Positions 1 to 12,900 of a stretch of DNA of 64,000 nt are shown one piece after another. Position 1 is the stretch's first letter. The number at the start of each line of letters is the position of its first letter. The stretch is taken from assembly GCA_000934665.2 (NCBI GenBank), contig KZ538208.1, positions 1 to 64,000 on the forward strand. Reading direction: 5' to 3'. Under the pieces are notes generated by a model. That model saw only the letters and a list, made by a program, of their open reading frames with translations, had not been told where the DNA came from and ran no database searches. Source of the stretch: Catajapyx aquilonaris (taxonomy: Eukaryota). The position numbers and the translations under genes are program-made.

Positions 1-103
1 CACAGACAGCCAACGGGATTGAAACACTGTTGGTTGAGATAACAACACGAAATTGCACAAAGAACCAGTATTATCCAGGCGTTACTTAACACTAAAAAGG
101 CTT

Positions 104-160
104 ATTCACACAGCAGCTTTTTCGCTTTAGAAGCTAGTTTCAAAAAGCTGCTGTGTGAAT
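104..160. repeat. Perfect 19-bp inverted repeat with 19-nt spacer, downstream of the GPCR stop
   Basis: ATTCACACAGCAGCTTTTT (104-122) / AAAAAGCTGCTGTGTGAAT (142-160). Confidence 0.85.
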
Positions 161-391
161 GCCACAGAACAAAATATAGAGGGCACAATATCATGCAGCA
201 TAGTTTGGCCAACATAAATGAACTTCCACTCTCTAATGAATGAGTATGTGAACGACCCAGTCTTAATCCGGATTAAAAGTGACATTTAAAAAATAGTTGG
301 GTATGGTGCTACTCATGGATTGGATGCAAAGGTTTTTGGGGGGGATAAAATGTTAAGGTAGAGAGTTGCACCGGGGTATGTTCCACCGCCC

Positions 392-970
392 TCAGGAGGG
401 GTTACGCCCATCGTAGAGCCTGCTGTTGGTGCTCTCGAACAAACAGGGCTCAAACTGACTCCGGTGCAACTTGCGATGAGTGTCCGTCGTGTCTTCGCAC
501 GTATCGAAATAGAACTCGTAGATGCTACCAGAGAGGTCATCCGGCATGACCTCCCTGTCCGGAGTTTGTATTCGGAGCGAGCCTGCCCTGGGCACCATCA
601 CCACAGGGGGCATCAGCTCGTCCGGGTAGTCCCCTTCACTCTTTGACCCCATCACTGCCCTATTGTTGTTGTTGCTGTGATGCAAAGTGTTGAGATGCTC
701 TCGAGGGTACCGCTTCAGCAGCCACTCTGAGCTGCGGGTGGTTGAGTAACTGGGGTCATCTCTGGTCCATCCTGAGCTGGAGCGAGACTTCTTCTTGCGG
801 TTGCTGTTGGTGCTGCTACTGGTGGTCACTTTGCTGCCCTCGTCCTCAGGGGTCATGCAGCACAATGGCCAGGTTGAGTCGGGGAGTGAACGGGATTTGG
901 GCTGAGGAGGTGGGGTGGTCACTGGGAAGGTGTATGACCTGTTGCCCTGAGCTTCTTCTTTGGAGCTCTC
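392..970 (-). CDS. Probable GPCR terminal exon 6 (long Ser/Thr-rich cytoplasmic tail, 192 aa)
   Basis: Acceptor TTTTTGTCTTACTGTACAG|GAG at 970 opens a 193-codon frame ([22 protein letters not shown]...DGRNPS*), GC-richer than its flanks and in frame with the phase-0 donor at 1272. No recognisable domain. Confidence 0.62.
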   Translation of the reverse strand, partial: ESSKEEAQGNRSYTFPVTTPPPQPKSRSLPDSTWPLCCMTPEDEGSKVTTSSSTNSNRKKKSRSSSGWTRDDPSYSTTRSSEWLLKRYPREHLNTLHHSNNNNRAVMGSKSEGDYPDELMPPVVMVPRAGSLRIQTPDREVMPDDLSGSIYEFYFDTCEDTTDTHRKLHRSQFEPCLFESTNSRLYDGRNPS

Positions 971-3900
971 CTGTACAGTAAGACAAAAACGTTACTACAC
1001 AACGATCGAAACGTGCAACGCAACCGAATGAGCAGCACAGTTCGCGCAGCTCGATGGAGCTGCGAAAGTATGGCTGCGCACTTGGTTGCGATCGTAAATA
1101 AAATCCAATTTAGTTGGACTGAATAATTAGAGCAGGTGTCACTTTCCAAGCTTGTTAGTGCCAGAAGGCGACTTTAGAGGTAAATTCTCTGAAAGTAGCT
1201 CCCCCATTTTGTTTTCCCACCGGATCCCCTCAAACTTATCTGCGATTATGCGCCAAAAGTTTTGAGCTAACCAGAGACTTGTTGGGTCTGGAAGAGTGTC
1301 GGACGTCGTTTGGAAGGTACTTGACGCTGTAACTTCTGTCCGAGACTCCCAGGGCGTAGTTCTTGTACAAAACCCCTCTCTGAGAGTACTTGGCGTCTTT
1401 GTTCGGCTCCTGATAACAACAGCAGCAGCAACAAAGGCATCCTTCTCTGCAGAGCTTGTCTTTGAACGCTCGTCGGAATCGTTTAGACATCACGCTGTAC
1501 AAGATGGGGTTTATTGTGGAGTTGACGTAGTAGAACACACCTGGAATACAGATCAGCATAGAGACATTGCCTTGAACGTAATGTTACCTTTTACCTTTTA
1601 CCCCTACCTTTACCTTTTACCTTTGGCGTAATGTTAATAACTTTTTTAATTTTTTAAAAAATGAGATATGCACGAAGGGATGCATACCTGCCAGGATATT
1701 TCGGTGATCTTTGCATGCATACTATTTATTTTAAAATGTACCGAGGCTTTCAATGGTCACCTACTGACCTTAAATTCAGTCTGCATGATGGCGCAGTATA
1801 CTATTTTAAACCAGTGTCAGTGCAACTCTCTTTTGATGACTGACGAAAGCAGAGGATGTCACTCATTCATGAGGTTAACCTATTGGTATTCCCGGTAGCC
1901 CACTCTGGCTAATGGGCTGCCAGTAATAAAACTTCGCAGGCCCCGTTTACGTCATTTTATCTATACCAAAAAAGCGAGTGGGTCAGAAAACTAATCAAAT
2001 CTCACTAGTTTACACCCCGTCCATGTTGGCGTCTATTTTATGTGAGTTCTCATGAGGTTTGGGGCACCCTTACCTGCGACATGGAAGAGCTGCTGGTTGA
2101 CCTCCTTGAGGGTGTCGGACCATTTGTCGTACAGGGTGACATAGACGAACATTAGCCTCTGAGCGTGGTATGGGGCCCAGCACACGAAGAAGCCAATGAC
2201 GACAGCCACTGTCGTAAGAGAAGGAAGAACAACTTTTTAGACTTTTTTTGTGCAAGTTCAAGGCTAATGGAAGAACTATAAGAATGGCTAATGATTTTAA
2301 GAAGCGAGGAAAAAAAGAAAGAATATTAATTCCGGAGTCTTTCTAGTCCCACTGTAAGTGAGTTTGCATGTTTCAGGCTTAGTTTGGGAGTACTTTTTTA
2401 GCCAGTCAAAAATGAGTGTGATTCCAGGGATTCTTAGGGATATTACAAGTACTCCCGGTAATGGAACACTGACGTAACTAGCCTTTAATTGTCGTTGAAT
2501 ATTTTAATTCCATTTGGACGTCATCACCTAGGTTCAGATTGATCTTTTATGAATGAGGTAGATAATTACAAAGCTACATTAGCATAACGCCGACAGGAGA
2601 CTACAGTTTTTCTACTATTATTCCTCTTATTTGCTGCACTGTAGAACCATCACAGTAATTTTTAAAGGCAATGTGCAATTGCAAGAGCGTATTAGACGAT
2701 GTGCATTATGTACTATTCTCATTTGCGCCGTTTTAATTTTTAATGTTGATCAGGCTACACTCATACACGATTGTAAAATATTAATTGCGGCAGGTAATTG
2801 ATTTGAAAATTATTGCGCCCAAGACCACAGTGAGCGAGACGACTTTAATCTGTAATATTAAAATCTTTCGTTGTATGGCCGTTGCTTCTAATTGGCCCGC
2901 CGTATATTGTTTGCGCGACGCTTCCGATTGGCCACAGTTCTGCGCCTGCGCAATGGGACGAGACAGCGCCTCTGGTGGATGGAACTAGTCGTTATATAAA
3001 ATGCGCGAATCTAAAATGACACGGTTCAGTGGCCTGCGTAACTCCAAAAATAAAATCCACGGCAAACACTATACATCTACATGGCACATTCACAAACAAG
3101 ATATTTCTGATGACCAAAACTAATGCCAAAAATTTTCCCTGCAGGTTCACAAACCGTCCTCTTTTTCAAGTAACTCGTCCTTGTAACCACTCTCATTAAA
3201 CTTTGGGTGCGTCATTTTCTGCTTGCAAAAAGGAATGCAGATACTTTGTTGCTTTAGGCTTGGGAGACCCCCACAAAATGCAATCATGATGCTCTGAATA
3301 TAAAACCAACCCCGACGGATGTAAGTTTGAATTGAGTGATGCTCCTCTGCCTGCGACTGCTACGTATATATTTCCATCCCAGTACCCTCCTGATGTGGTT
3401 TGGCTTCTTTTTGAAGTGGAAACAACACTGCAGCAGTGAAAAAGACTTTTTGTGAATTCAGTGGAAAGGGGACCGCGAGACACATTTTGAAGCTTTGATA
3501 TGGGCCACATGAAGGTTTCCACACTGCGCAAAAGGATGAAGCACTGCATACACACAAAAAAAGAAGTATAGCAGCTTGTTAAACCACAACAATAGACAGG
3601 ATAGCCACAGCCGATTACATATGTGTGCTTGCACTTTTAAGCTGGTTGCACAAACAGGTCTTGTCAACATAATTAATAAGTAGCCTTGATTGATATGAAT
3701 TAAACTCAGCTGTTGTTTATAATTATAGATTGTGACCACATTTTTTTATCATAACCTACAAAATGCGGGCTGAAAAAAAAACTGCGTGTAGATCCTGCGT
3801 GGTTTCTATAGGACCAGAAAAATTTACGACACCGTTAGATTGACCGCGGCGAAAAAGAAGGACGCTTATCCTGTCTGGTTAGGTGCTGGCAAGCCCACAC

Positions 3901-6900
3901 TAAATCGCCCAAAAAGATAGGAGCCCGATAGAACCCTCCACAAAAAAAGCTAGAATTATGTCCCCCTGCTGAACAAAGTCTAGAAAAGAAGTAAATTTTC
4001 TTCTCTATTTTTTTTTCTCCATCAAATACGTGATCTGGGTCATACTGAAAATCCTGTAATTCCTAACTCTATGATGAGAGTGTGTTATATTCTATATGAT
4101 TGCTTTACACCGTACCTGATCCAACTTAATGAGTGTTATGTCAGCCTTATAATCCGATTTAAAAGTTGACTGCAAATTTTTGAATCCTGTCCCTGACACA
4201 TTTCATTTAAAAAAACGTTGTAAACATGAAAATTACAAGCCAGATTGAGGTTTACAACGGGATAGTGACCAACAACGTAATGCAAGTTGGAAAACACTGC
4301 TTTGGACTCCTTTCAATGATTCTAACTTTAGAATTTGATTTATATTTAACTTACAAGAGGCGGAGAGTACAAAAAAAAAGACAGAGTAAGGGAAAAGAAG
4401 CCAAAGGCAGCACGTAAGTCCCTGAGGTTTGTATTCAAGAATGTAGTTTTCAAATCATGCTGGCGTGGATCCAGACGAAAGAGAGAATGGCGTCAGGTGC
4501 CGAAATTCGATTAGTGTTCAGGTCTATAAGGATGGGGGGCTCGTGCAAGCAATTTCAACCCGACTGACAAGACCAAGGCGATGAAAAGGAGGGGGCTGAG
4601 ACATCTGCTCTTTTCAGAAAGTTTCTTGTCAGAAAGTTTTCTTGAGATCCCTTTCCGCGCGCTTTTAATGACGGAAGGAACAACCAAATTTTTATTGGCT
4701 ACTGAAAGCGAGTCTTCCCCGTTAAAGAGTGATGAATAGGCGATAGGCCAGGTTTTTAATAGAACGAAGTGAGAACATGCATAAACCGCGATTATAAATT
4801 AATGAGAAAGTGAAAAAAAGTTCCAGAGCATTCTTTTTAGTGAATTCGACATTATTAAACTGGTTAACATTAGGCGGACATTTTGGTGCTACATAAAACG
4901 CAATTTCGCCAACACTAAGCATTTACCTAGCTTCCTTTCCTCCTATATATAAAGGGCTATTGGCACTAGAGCTCAGCAAAAGGACATTTTCGCAGCTCAC
5001 TTTGCTCCGGACACTCCGCCCAAGTTGTCTCTAGGGCCTTACATTTCATTGTCTACTATAGCCCACGATAAAGAAGTGGTGCAAAACCGCCTCTGCTCTC
5101 CAGTACTGTACAGCAAAAAAAATAGTGTCGTAATGTGTAATGTGGACTGAATTTTGCAATAATAATGCGAGGCTTCATTTAAACAGTGTTTGACTAAAAC
5201 TGTGCAGAGTGTTGGACTGAGCTAAATCAATACCCATTTTTTTGCAAGTCAAATGCCATTGTGAATTTGACATAACCGAACTTTTTGTGTGGACTTACCC
5301 AGCATACGAATGACTGCTCTTCTGCTTTGGGCTTGTGCTCGTTCTGCATCGCAACGTTGTCCTGCATCTGAAGAAGCGCACCTTCGCAAACTACCACTTT
5401 TTTGCAAAGTGAGGGCAATTCGCACGTAGAGGACTAAGATGAGGGTCATGGGCACCACGAAGAAGGAGAACGTTGACACCAGTATCAATGTCTGCCATGA
5501 AGATTCGGGCTCGTCGAAAGGTAGGGCACACCATGCAGAGTCCTCGATGGTCTTGTTTAGCTCATCCATCACGTAATTCACCTGAAAGTAATTAACCGGA
5601 ACATAAAATGCTGTTACACGTTGGGCGCCATTGTCACGGCCTCGGGTTCGCCCACGGGCTGAATCCTAGATAACTTTGGCATGAGGACAATTGATACAGT
5701 TTTTGGCGATCAACAGAACATGTTGAAGAAATCGCAGGTATATCCTTCCATACAAGACAAGTAAAGTCCCACAGGTCACCTAGTATATAGTGAAAGATTG
5801 CTTTTTGGTGGGTTGAACAAAACCATTATTTTCTCTGTGGAATGAGGCCGCTTTTTCCTGGCCCCCCAACTGATTTAGAGACATTTAGGACAACACTATT
5901 CTTCGAAAAAAAAAGCAACGGGGAGGTCGAATTTACTGCCATACAAACGTTAGCGAAACCCAAAAAGGTCACCGGCACGCGAGATAAAAGGTTGATAGAA
6001 AATATTATTTGCACGAGCTATAAAAAGAAAAACCTGCGTGTCAGCACACAAAAATATGATTTTGAGATCCAATCGCAATATTTTGGTCGACTGAAATAGA
6101 CTCCGTAGCATTTTTCTTTGGCCTAAAATAGATCTTGCACCTTATTTTTAGATCAGGTCGATAGCCCCTTGTTCAACCAAAAAACTGCTCATGTAATATA
6201 TTTCTCATTGATTGATCCAAAGTCACCAAACTTTAGACTCGTGATGTCAAAGCACGCTGCCTGGTCCTTAACCTTTGATTTTCCTGAATAGAACCAAGCA
6301 GTAAACACCCATCAAGTCTCATCCGTGTTAAATGGCCTCTATTGTGCAACCTTTCCACCCACAGAATGATGAAAGTAAACACTCCAAGAAAAGCAATCTT
6401 CGTCCTCCCCGTATAGAAATTACTGTATACGCCTAGTCTTCTCCCAACGGAATAAAAAAACAGTAGATTGCTTGCACAACAAGGGAAATTGTACCATTGG
6501 AGAGGATTAAAGCAGTGTTGGGCTAGATGAGCAAGAGGATTAGGCCGATTGCTTCCGCTGGGGATTGGCTGGAGCTTGATTTGGATTTTGTGTCATCAAA
6601 GTTATACGGTTTGACCACATGCCCAGGGCTTGACTGTCTCATAAACATTAGGCTTCCATTGGTTTTCAAGGCAGAATTACAGAGGCAGTGGCCAATTGTC
6701 ATTCCAGCGTACTTATGCAGTTCATTGGAAAATTAGTCCAACTCTTAAGTGGGATCCTATCAAGTGCGTAAGTTGGATTATTTGTGGATGGTACTAGTAG
6801 TGTCATTCACCATCATGGAAGTCAACAACCTGGTCCGCCTTTTTGATGTAGCTCTGGCGGGTAGGTGCCAATGTACAGGCTATGGGAAAAGGTTTACAGT

Positions 6901-9900
6901 ACGTAAAACCAAAGAACGATCTGACGTCACATTCAGCCCCGCCTCCACCTGTCTCTTCCCTCCAATCACGTCCCTGAATCGCTCTGCAACAATACTGCGC
7001 ATGCTCAGAAAACACGGCTGGTGTGACGTCAGATCGTTCTTTTGTTTAACGGATTGTAGGTGGGCAATGTTGCCAAGTTTTGGCTTACAATATTGATAAA
7101 TTGCAGTATGGACGGTTCGTACTTACGAAGGGCATATGCAGTATTTTGGATATTAATTAACAATTTTTTGCAATTTTCTCACAATGCAACCCATGCGGTA
7201 CAAACCATCGACACTAGGCATAACCATATATATTCCCAATACGTGTTGGTCGAAAAGCAATCGGAAAGTCCAGCAATTACTGATACCAAAACTATTCCAT
7301 GGATGCTCGGAATTTTGCACAGAAAAGTAATCAGGCCTGGATTTTAGGACGGTTATTGCATTTTGGGGAAAACCATTTGTGGATCATTTCAAATTCAATT
7401 ATGGAGTTCCCTTCAGCTGGAAGTGACGCTCCCTTCTCATCCCACATATGACAAGGACAAGCTTTATTTTTTTTTTATAAATAGCGGGGTGCTGAAATAA
7501 TCCTCGAGACGTTTCTGGCGTCAACAAAGGCGCTATCTCAAGGGCTCAAGTTTGTGGGTCCCTCAAGATTGCTCCCTGGGATTAAATTTGTAAGAAGACC
7601 TTGGAAGTCAAAGGCACGCCGAGTTATTAAAGGTCGTGAGGGGTAGTGCATCATGTAAATTGACCGGTTCGAAAAAACCTCAGCTAGTCACCAAAACACG
7701 CTGGGTCTAAAAATACAACCAATCAATTATTTTCAGAACCTGTTCAACACACCTTTCATTCTCAGGCTCGGAGAATTTTTTCTCTCTCAGGATATTTGGG
7801 TATGTCTTTCACTTCCATGTGTTGGGGGTGTTGGGATTCAGGCCAAATCACGTGGGCCCGACAGAAGGAAAGACGAAATTGTACCGCAAGTGAAATATGG
7901 CAACGTTTTCACTACTTTAAGGTTCGTTTTTAGACCCCGTTGAAACGTGGTATTATATATATCACCCTTTTTCTTGTGCAAACGGAACTGCTTGAAGGAG
8001 ATAATGCAATGCTTTCAAGCAGTTTCCTTTCTCGGTATATTCGATGACTGTATACCAAAGCATAACGACAGTGGATCTGCCAAACTCGATTGAAGACCAA
8101 ATAACGCGGTTATATGCCGTAGAACTCAGCAGAAATAATCAAATTTCTGTATGCAAAATTGTTTATTTCCGGATTTTAAAAAAAGGATTTGAACTGATCG
8201 AAAGGTGACCTTGATCCCGGATCCATACTTTAAACATCTTAACCACCTACCAGACAGAATTAGATGCACTTTCGGTCATTAATGTCACTACCAGTTGTCA
8301 TAACATCTATAAATTTGAAACCACCTCTTCAAGATATTGTTGAGTGAACTAGAAAAAGCTACTCCAGTTAACCGTACACAGTTCATGATAATAAACGATG
8401 CGAGAGACCCACCGGGCTCGAGGCCAAATCTGATAAATTTGGGATACCGCAAGGTCGAGGGCCATGCAATTTTTTTTGTTATTTATTTGGCATTTAAAAC
8501 AAGCGCATTTCCTCCATGTCTGGGAATAATGCCAGCCGATTTGAACCCATCCTAATTTGGGGGGTTTACCTACGTGATCAGAGTCCATTTGTCAACTCCG
8601 GAAACCTTGTTTTTCAACCATGTAATTGCCATCAGCTGCCGAATTGTCGCTATCACTGGTGGTATCAGCATTGAGGAAACGGTGTAATAATCAGATAATT
8701 GCTATTAGCGGCTGCATAGACTGTCAAAAAATAGTCTGATGGGGGTGAATAGCCAGCAGGAAAGTGGTTTTACAGCCAAGTTTCCCTGGAGTATAATGAA
8801 GTAGTTCATCAATCATGAAGTTCTATTACTCATACGCTGGAAGTACGAGACACGCAGGTCAGTACACATGTCTGTTATACGATAGGTCCATTAGCTTGGT
8901 GCAATAAATGAAAGACAACGACATGTGAACCCCAGTTTAAATTCCAGAGGTCATCTAGTATGTAGGCGGGTGCCAGTGATGCAAAACCCATTTTGTCTTC
9001 CTACCTTCATTATATATGTCACAGTTAGTCCCCATGTGACCCAAAAGAGTGGACGTTGGATGATGGGGGAGGTCAAAAAATATTCGGACCGATCCTATTG
9101 ATCACCCAAGAGGCACTTAATCAGTGACAAAAAGTCGAGTGGGTGAACTCCCCGGGTGGGCGGAGAGGCTTTTATTGTCGTGTGACGAAGTGAGGTAAGT
9201 GCTCGACTGAAACAGTTGACATCTATATATAGAGGCTGGGCGACATGTTCTATTTCTGTCATGTCACACTGGGTTACACAGTAGGTCAGCTGGGGATTTG
9301 GCCATTTGCGCAGGTAACATTATTTTATAAATTAATTTAGCGTACTGGTAGTATCAACACGTGGCCTGATAAATGAATCATTTCATGCACTGATTACAGC
9401 TCTATGTTAATGTCGCAATAAATAGTTGGGAACATTAGTGACAATAAAAGAGGTCAAATATCATGCGCACAGCCATCTGTAAACAAGGCTAAATTTTTCG
9501 GAAAATGAAATTTTCAAATATTGCTGCTATCCTGTTGAATTTGAGCCTGGCATTTAGGGCTTATAGTAATATAGTCAGTAACATGGTGCATGGCCGAGTG
9601 TCCTTGCCAGAATGCGACCACAGCAAATGAAACGTAGATTCAGCTTAATTATCTCCGTGGGGTAATCGTCAACACGAGTTGCTTTTCCTCCGCATGGGAC
9701 AGTACTGGATGCCAGGCCCGTCCGACCCTAGTGTGGTCTCATTACTCATTACTTTTAGGAGGGACGTAATCCAACGTAATTGCCCATGGCGCCCAGAGAT
9801 ATGGGCCTTGATGTTATCAGGACATGTTGCCCCCCTTTGAAATGTTGGTTAGTTTCATTATGAACTAAAGCGGTCATCGAGTCAATATGTGATGGGGGAA

Positions 9901-12900
9901 AAAAAGTCCAACAATATTCAATAATCCACGAGTTCAAGGCAGGAACTTTGACATTACGCAATTGTCCAGCTGTCAAAAAAAGTTTGTTTCCTTTTGGGAA
10001 CAAGTGACAAAAACTTAAGCCTCCAAAAAGTTTTCCTGCCTCGAGAAAGCGAAATAAGCCACAGAGTATTTTTTTTTTTGCCCAGAAGTGTATGTTTCAA
10101 AACCAGATGGCCACTTTTATACGACTGTACAAGTCATTAGAGTACAGTAAATTTCCTTTGGCAGTTTTACCACAAGCTCACAAGGTGGTTTTCGATGCAG
10201 TTTATGCTGCAGTTGGTGGCATCTAACCTAATTTAATTTACGTTACAGTAAATATTGCTGTACGTGTACTAAGCACCAGTTGGCTATTGAATCACACATC
10301 AAAGCCGCTATACAACCAACAGTGCTTAAGTGTCTAATTAATGTACTAGTATTTAAAGTGCAGAGCTGTAATTTTAACCGCAGCAATATCAATGAAACGA
10401 ATCCATTTTATATTTTAGTATGCCAATTTTTAATGCTCTAACAGCAATGATTTGGTGCAGTGCAATGCACAATTATTATGCTCCTCTTCACACTGTTATG
10501 GGGTCATGTGTGTACAGGAATTAAAATCTGATGGGAAAAGTTGGCTTCATCTGGGAGGTAATTTTATCCGGACATTCCTTATCGGTCTATGTGACACCAA
10601 AAGTGAGCTGGACCGACCATTTGAGAGCATTCATGCGTCCAAACGGCTGGTAATGAAAAGACCAAACAAAAGTTTCGAACCGACCTAGTTTTTGGGGGTG
10701 TTTCCCAATTAAAATACTTCGGAATCTCCCTGGAAACGACCCGGAAAAAAAAGATGTCCAATTTTGGCCTCAGTGACCTGCTGGCCTCAACACAAAATTC
10801 CACTGTCCTAATTCTGATTCCGGAGTCCAACCAATTCAATCCCAGGCCAGAAATTAGGTTTGTTCGTTCTTCGCACAGAAAAGAAAAGGGAATGGTTCCT
10901 ACTCCCCAATTGGTACCTTGTGCCAAAATTCCATTTCATTTCAAGGGGGGACCTTCTCTATTGAAAGTGTCAGGAGATTCCGAGCCAGGCTTTTCTTACT
11001 GTATCAGAAATTACGACTGTTCTTCTTCGCAAGGGTGGGAAGGGTGCTGAAAAAAAATTAAATTGGAATTCCAATTTCACAGTCGTGGAAATGTTTAAAA
11101 AAAGTGCCAACTCGACCAGATTCTTGCAAAAGAACTTTAACTGAGAAAAGAATTACTTTCGTAACGATTGCTTGGGGCAAGTAACTTCAGAAAATATGTT
11201 TAAATAGTAATAATTTTAAACGTGGCAAACGACTGCTGACGTAGATGGCTACATCCTTCTTCTCAACATGGACTGTACAGTATACACATCGCTTTGGGGG
11301 TTCCCCTCAATGTTTTTGAGATTGTAAACACATTTGGCAGTCATATCCATATTGCTTTAAAGGTTTAGCAAGGCGTGTAATGTACGGTTTGCGTGACTAA
11401 TTTTGATGCCTCACGCTCTTTAGCATGTGCAAACTAATAAAGCACTCGGAAATTGAAAAGGAGCTGGCAGTTCCAGTTCGCCTTTTTGCAAAATTCGGCG
11501 CCTAATTGAAAAATTAGCACTATTGCTGCGATGGCAAGAGACGACCGAAGGGGAATTAAAATATCCGAAAGTGCATGCTCATAACAGGCGTTTGAGCCTG
11601 ACATTTCAACGTAGGGGGATCATAATTTTTGATTCTACTTCGTGTGAAATCATTGTGTAATCAGCACTTTCATGAAAATGTTAATGTGGATGGGCTACCA
11701 TCCAAGCATAATTTGATAATTAATGGTCATAGAATCTGCGAGGCCTGTAGCCCTGCACATTCTCTCCAGCGTATTTCCGTATATGTGGAGCGGCTCTTTT
11801 GAGAAGCTAGGACCAAATTTATTAATTATGATTTTATAAGATCTGCTCCATAGAACAAAGGAGTGAACGCCTTTCCACTTTTTCCCCCAATGTTATTTCA
11901 AGGAGAAACGTCCAAATCATCCTTCTGGCACATACCACAGAACGACGAGAGAGAGAGAAAAATAATTACTCTATAGTTGGTAATATTCACCCGATTCATC
12001 TGCTGCCATGTTTTATGACCTAGCAAGTCATATTTAAAAGAGAGTTTTTACTTCCTCTTGCAGTGGCCACCTTCCACAATAATAAAGTCCATTCAATTGA
12101 AATTTCTGAGCAATTACAGCCCATAAGCTATTTTTTTATCGACACTAAATATGGTTTGCATGTAAATTCCTGCTACTAAATTAAAGCTTCCCGTATCATT
12201 ACAGCATGTCAGTCCAGTAATGACATGTAATCATTTTAATGTCATATTTGGAGTCCCCAGTGTGAACTTGACATTTCATTTGTACAGTGGCATGAAATCC
12301 ACTAGGTATTAAATCGTCTGACAAAACGTACCTTCATGTAAGCACCCCAAGGGATGGCACTGCTGATGCTGATGACCCATATGAGGCAGATGACTCTCGT
12401 TGCTCTGGAGAACTTGGATTTGGTCTGGGTCCTCATCGGATGACAAATTGCAATGTACCTCTCGGTGGTAAAGGCGGCGATGGTGAGAATGGAGGCATAT
12501 GTGGTGGTCTCTGTCACTATTCCGCGGAGGTCACACGCCACTTCACCAAACAGCCATGGATACTGGTGCCACATCACAAACAGTTCCACTGGCATAGCTG
12601 TCAAGAATAGAAAAACATAGTCAGGTGGAGCTCACCTATAGTGTTACATAGTTCATGCATATAATTACAGTAGCATCTAAAAATAACACAATAGTAAAAC
12701 TTTGTAGCGTGACATCATTTAAGTACATGCTAACGGATGTTATTCTGGCAAAGAATTAATTGCACCCAAGTGACTGGGAGAGTGGGAGTTGTTGCCAACA
12801 TCTAACCTTGGGAGTCATATCCGAGAGTAGTAAAAGGTTAAATGTTTAAGCAAAAAAGAGATTCAACAAAATGTGGCTCAACATATACCGTACCTTGCTT

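Noticed and set aside
7985..8025. 11-bp inverted repeat AACTGCTTGAA/TTCAAGCAGTT
   Set aside because: Too short and single-copy to call an element.
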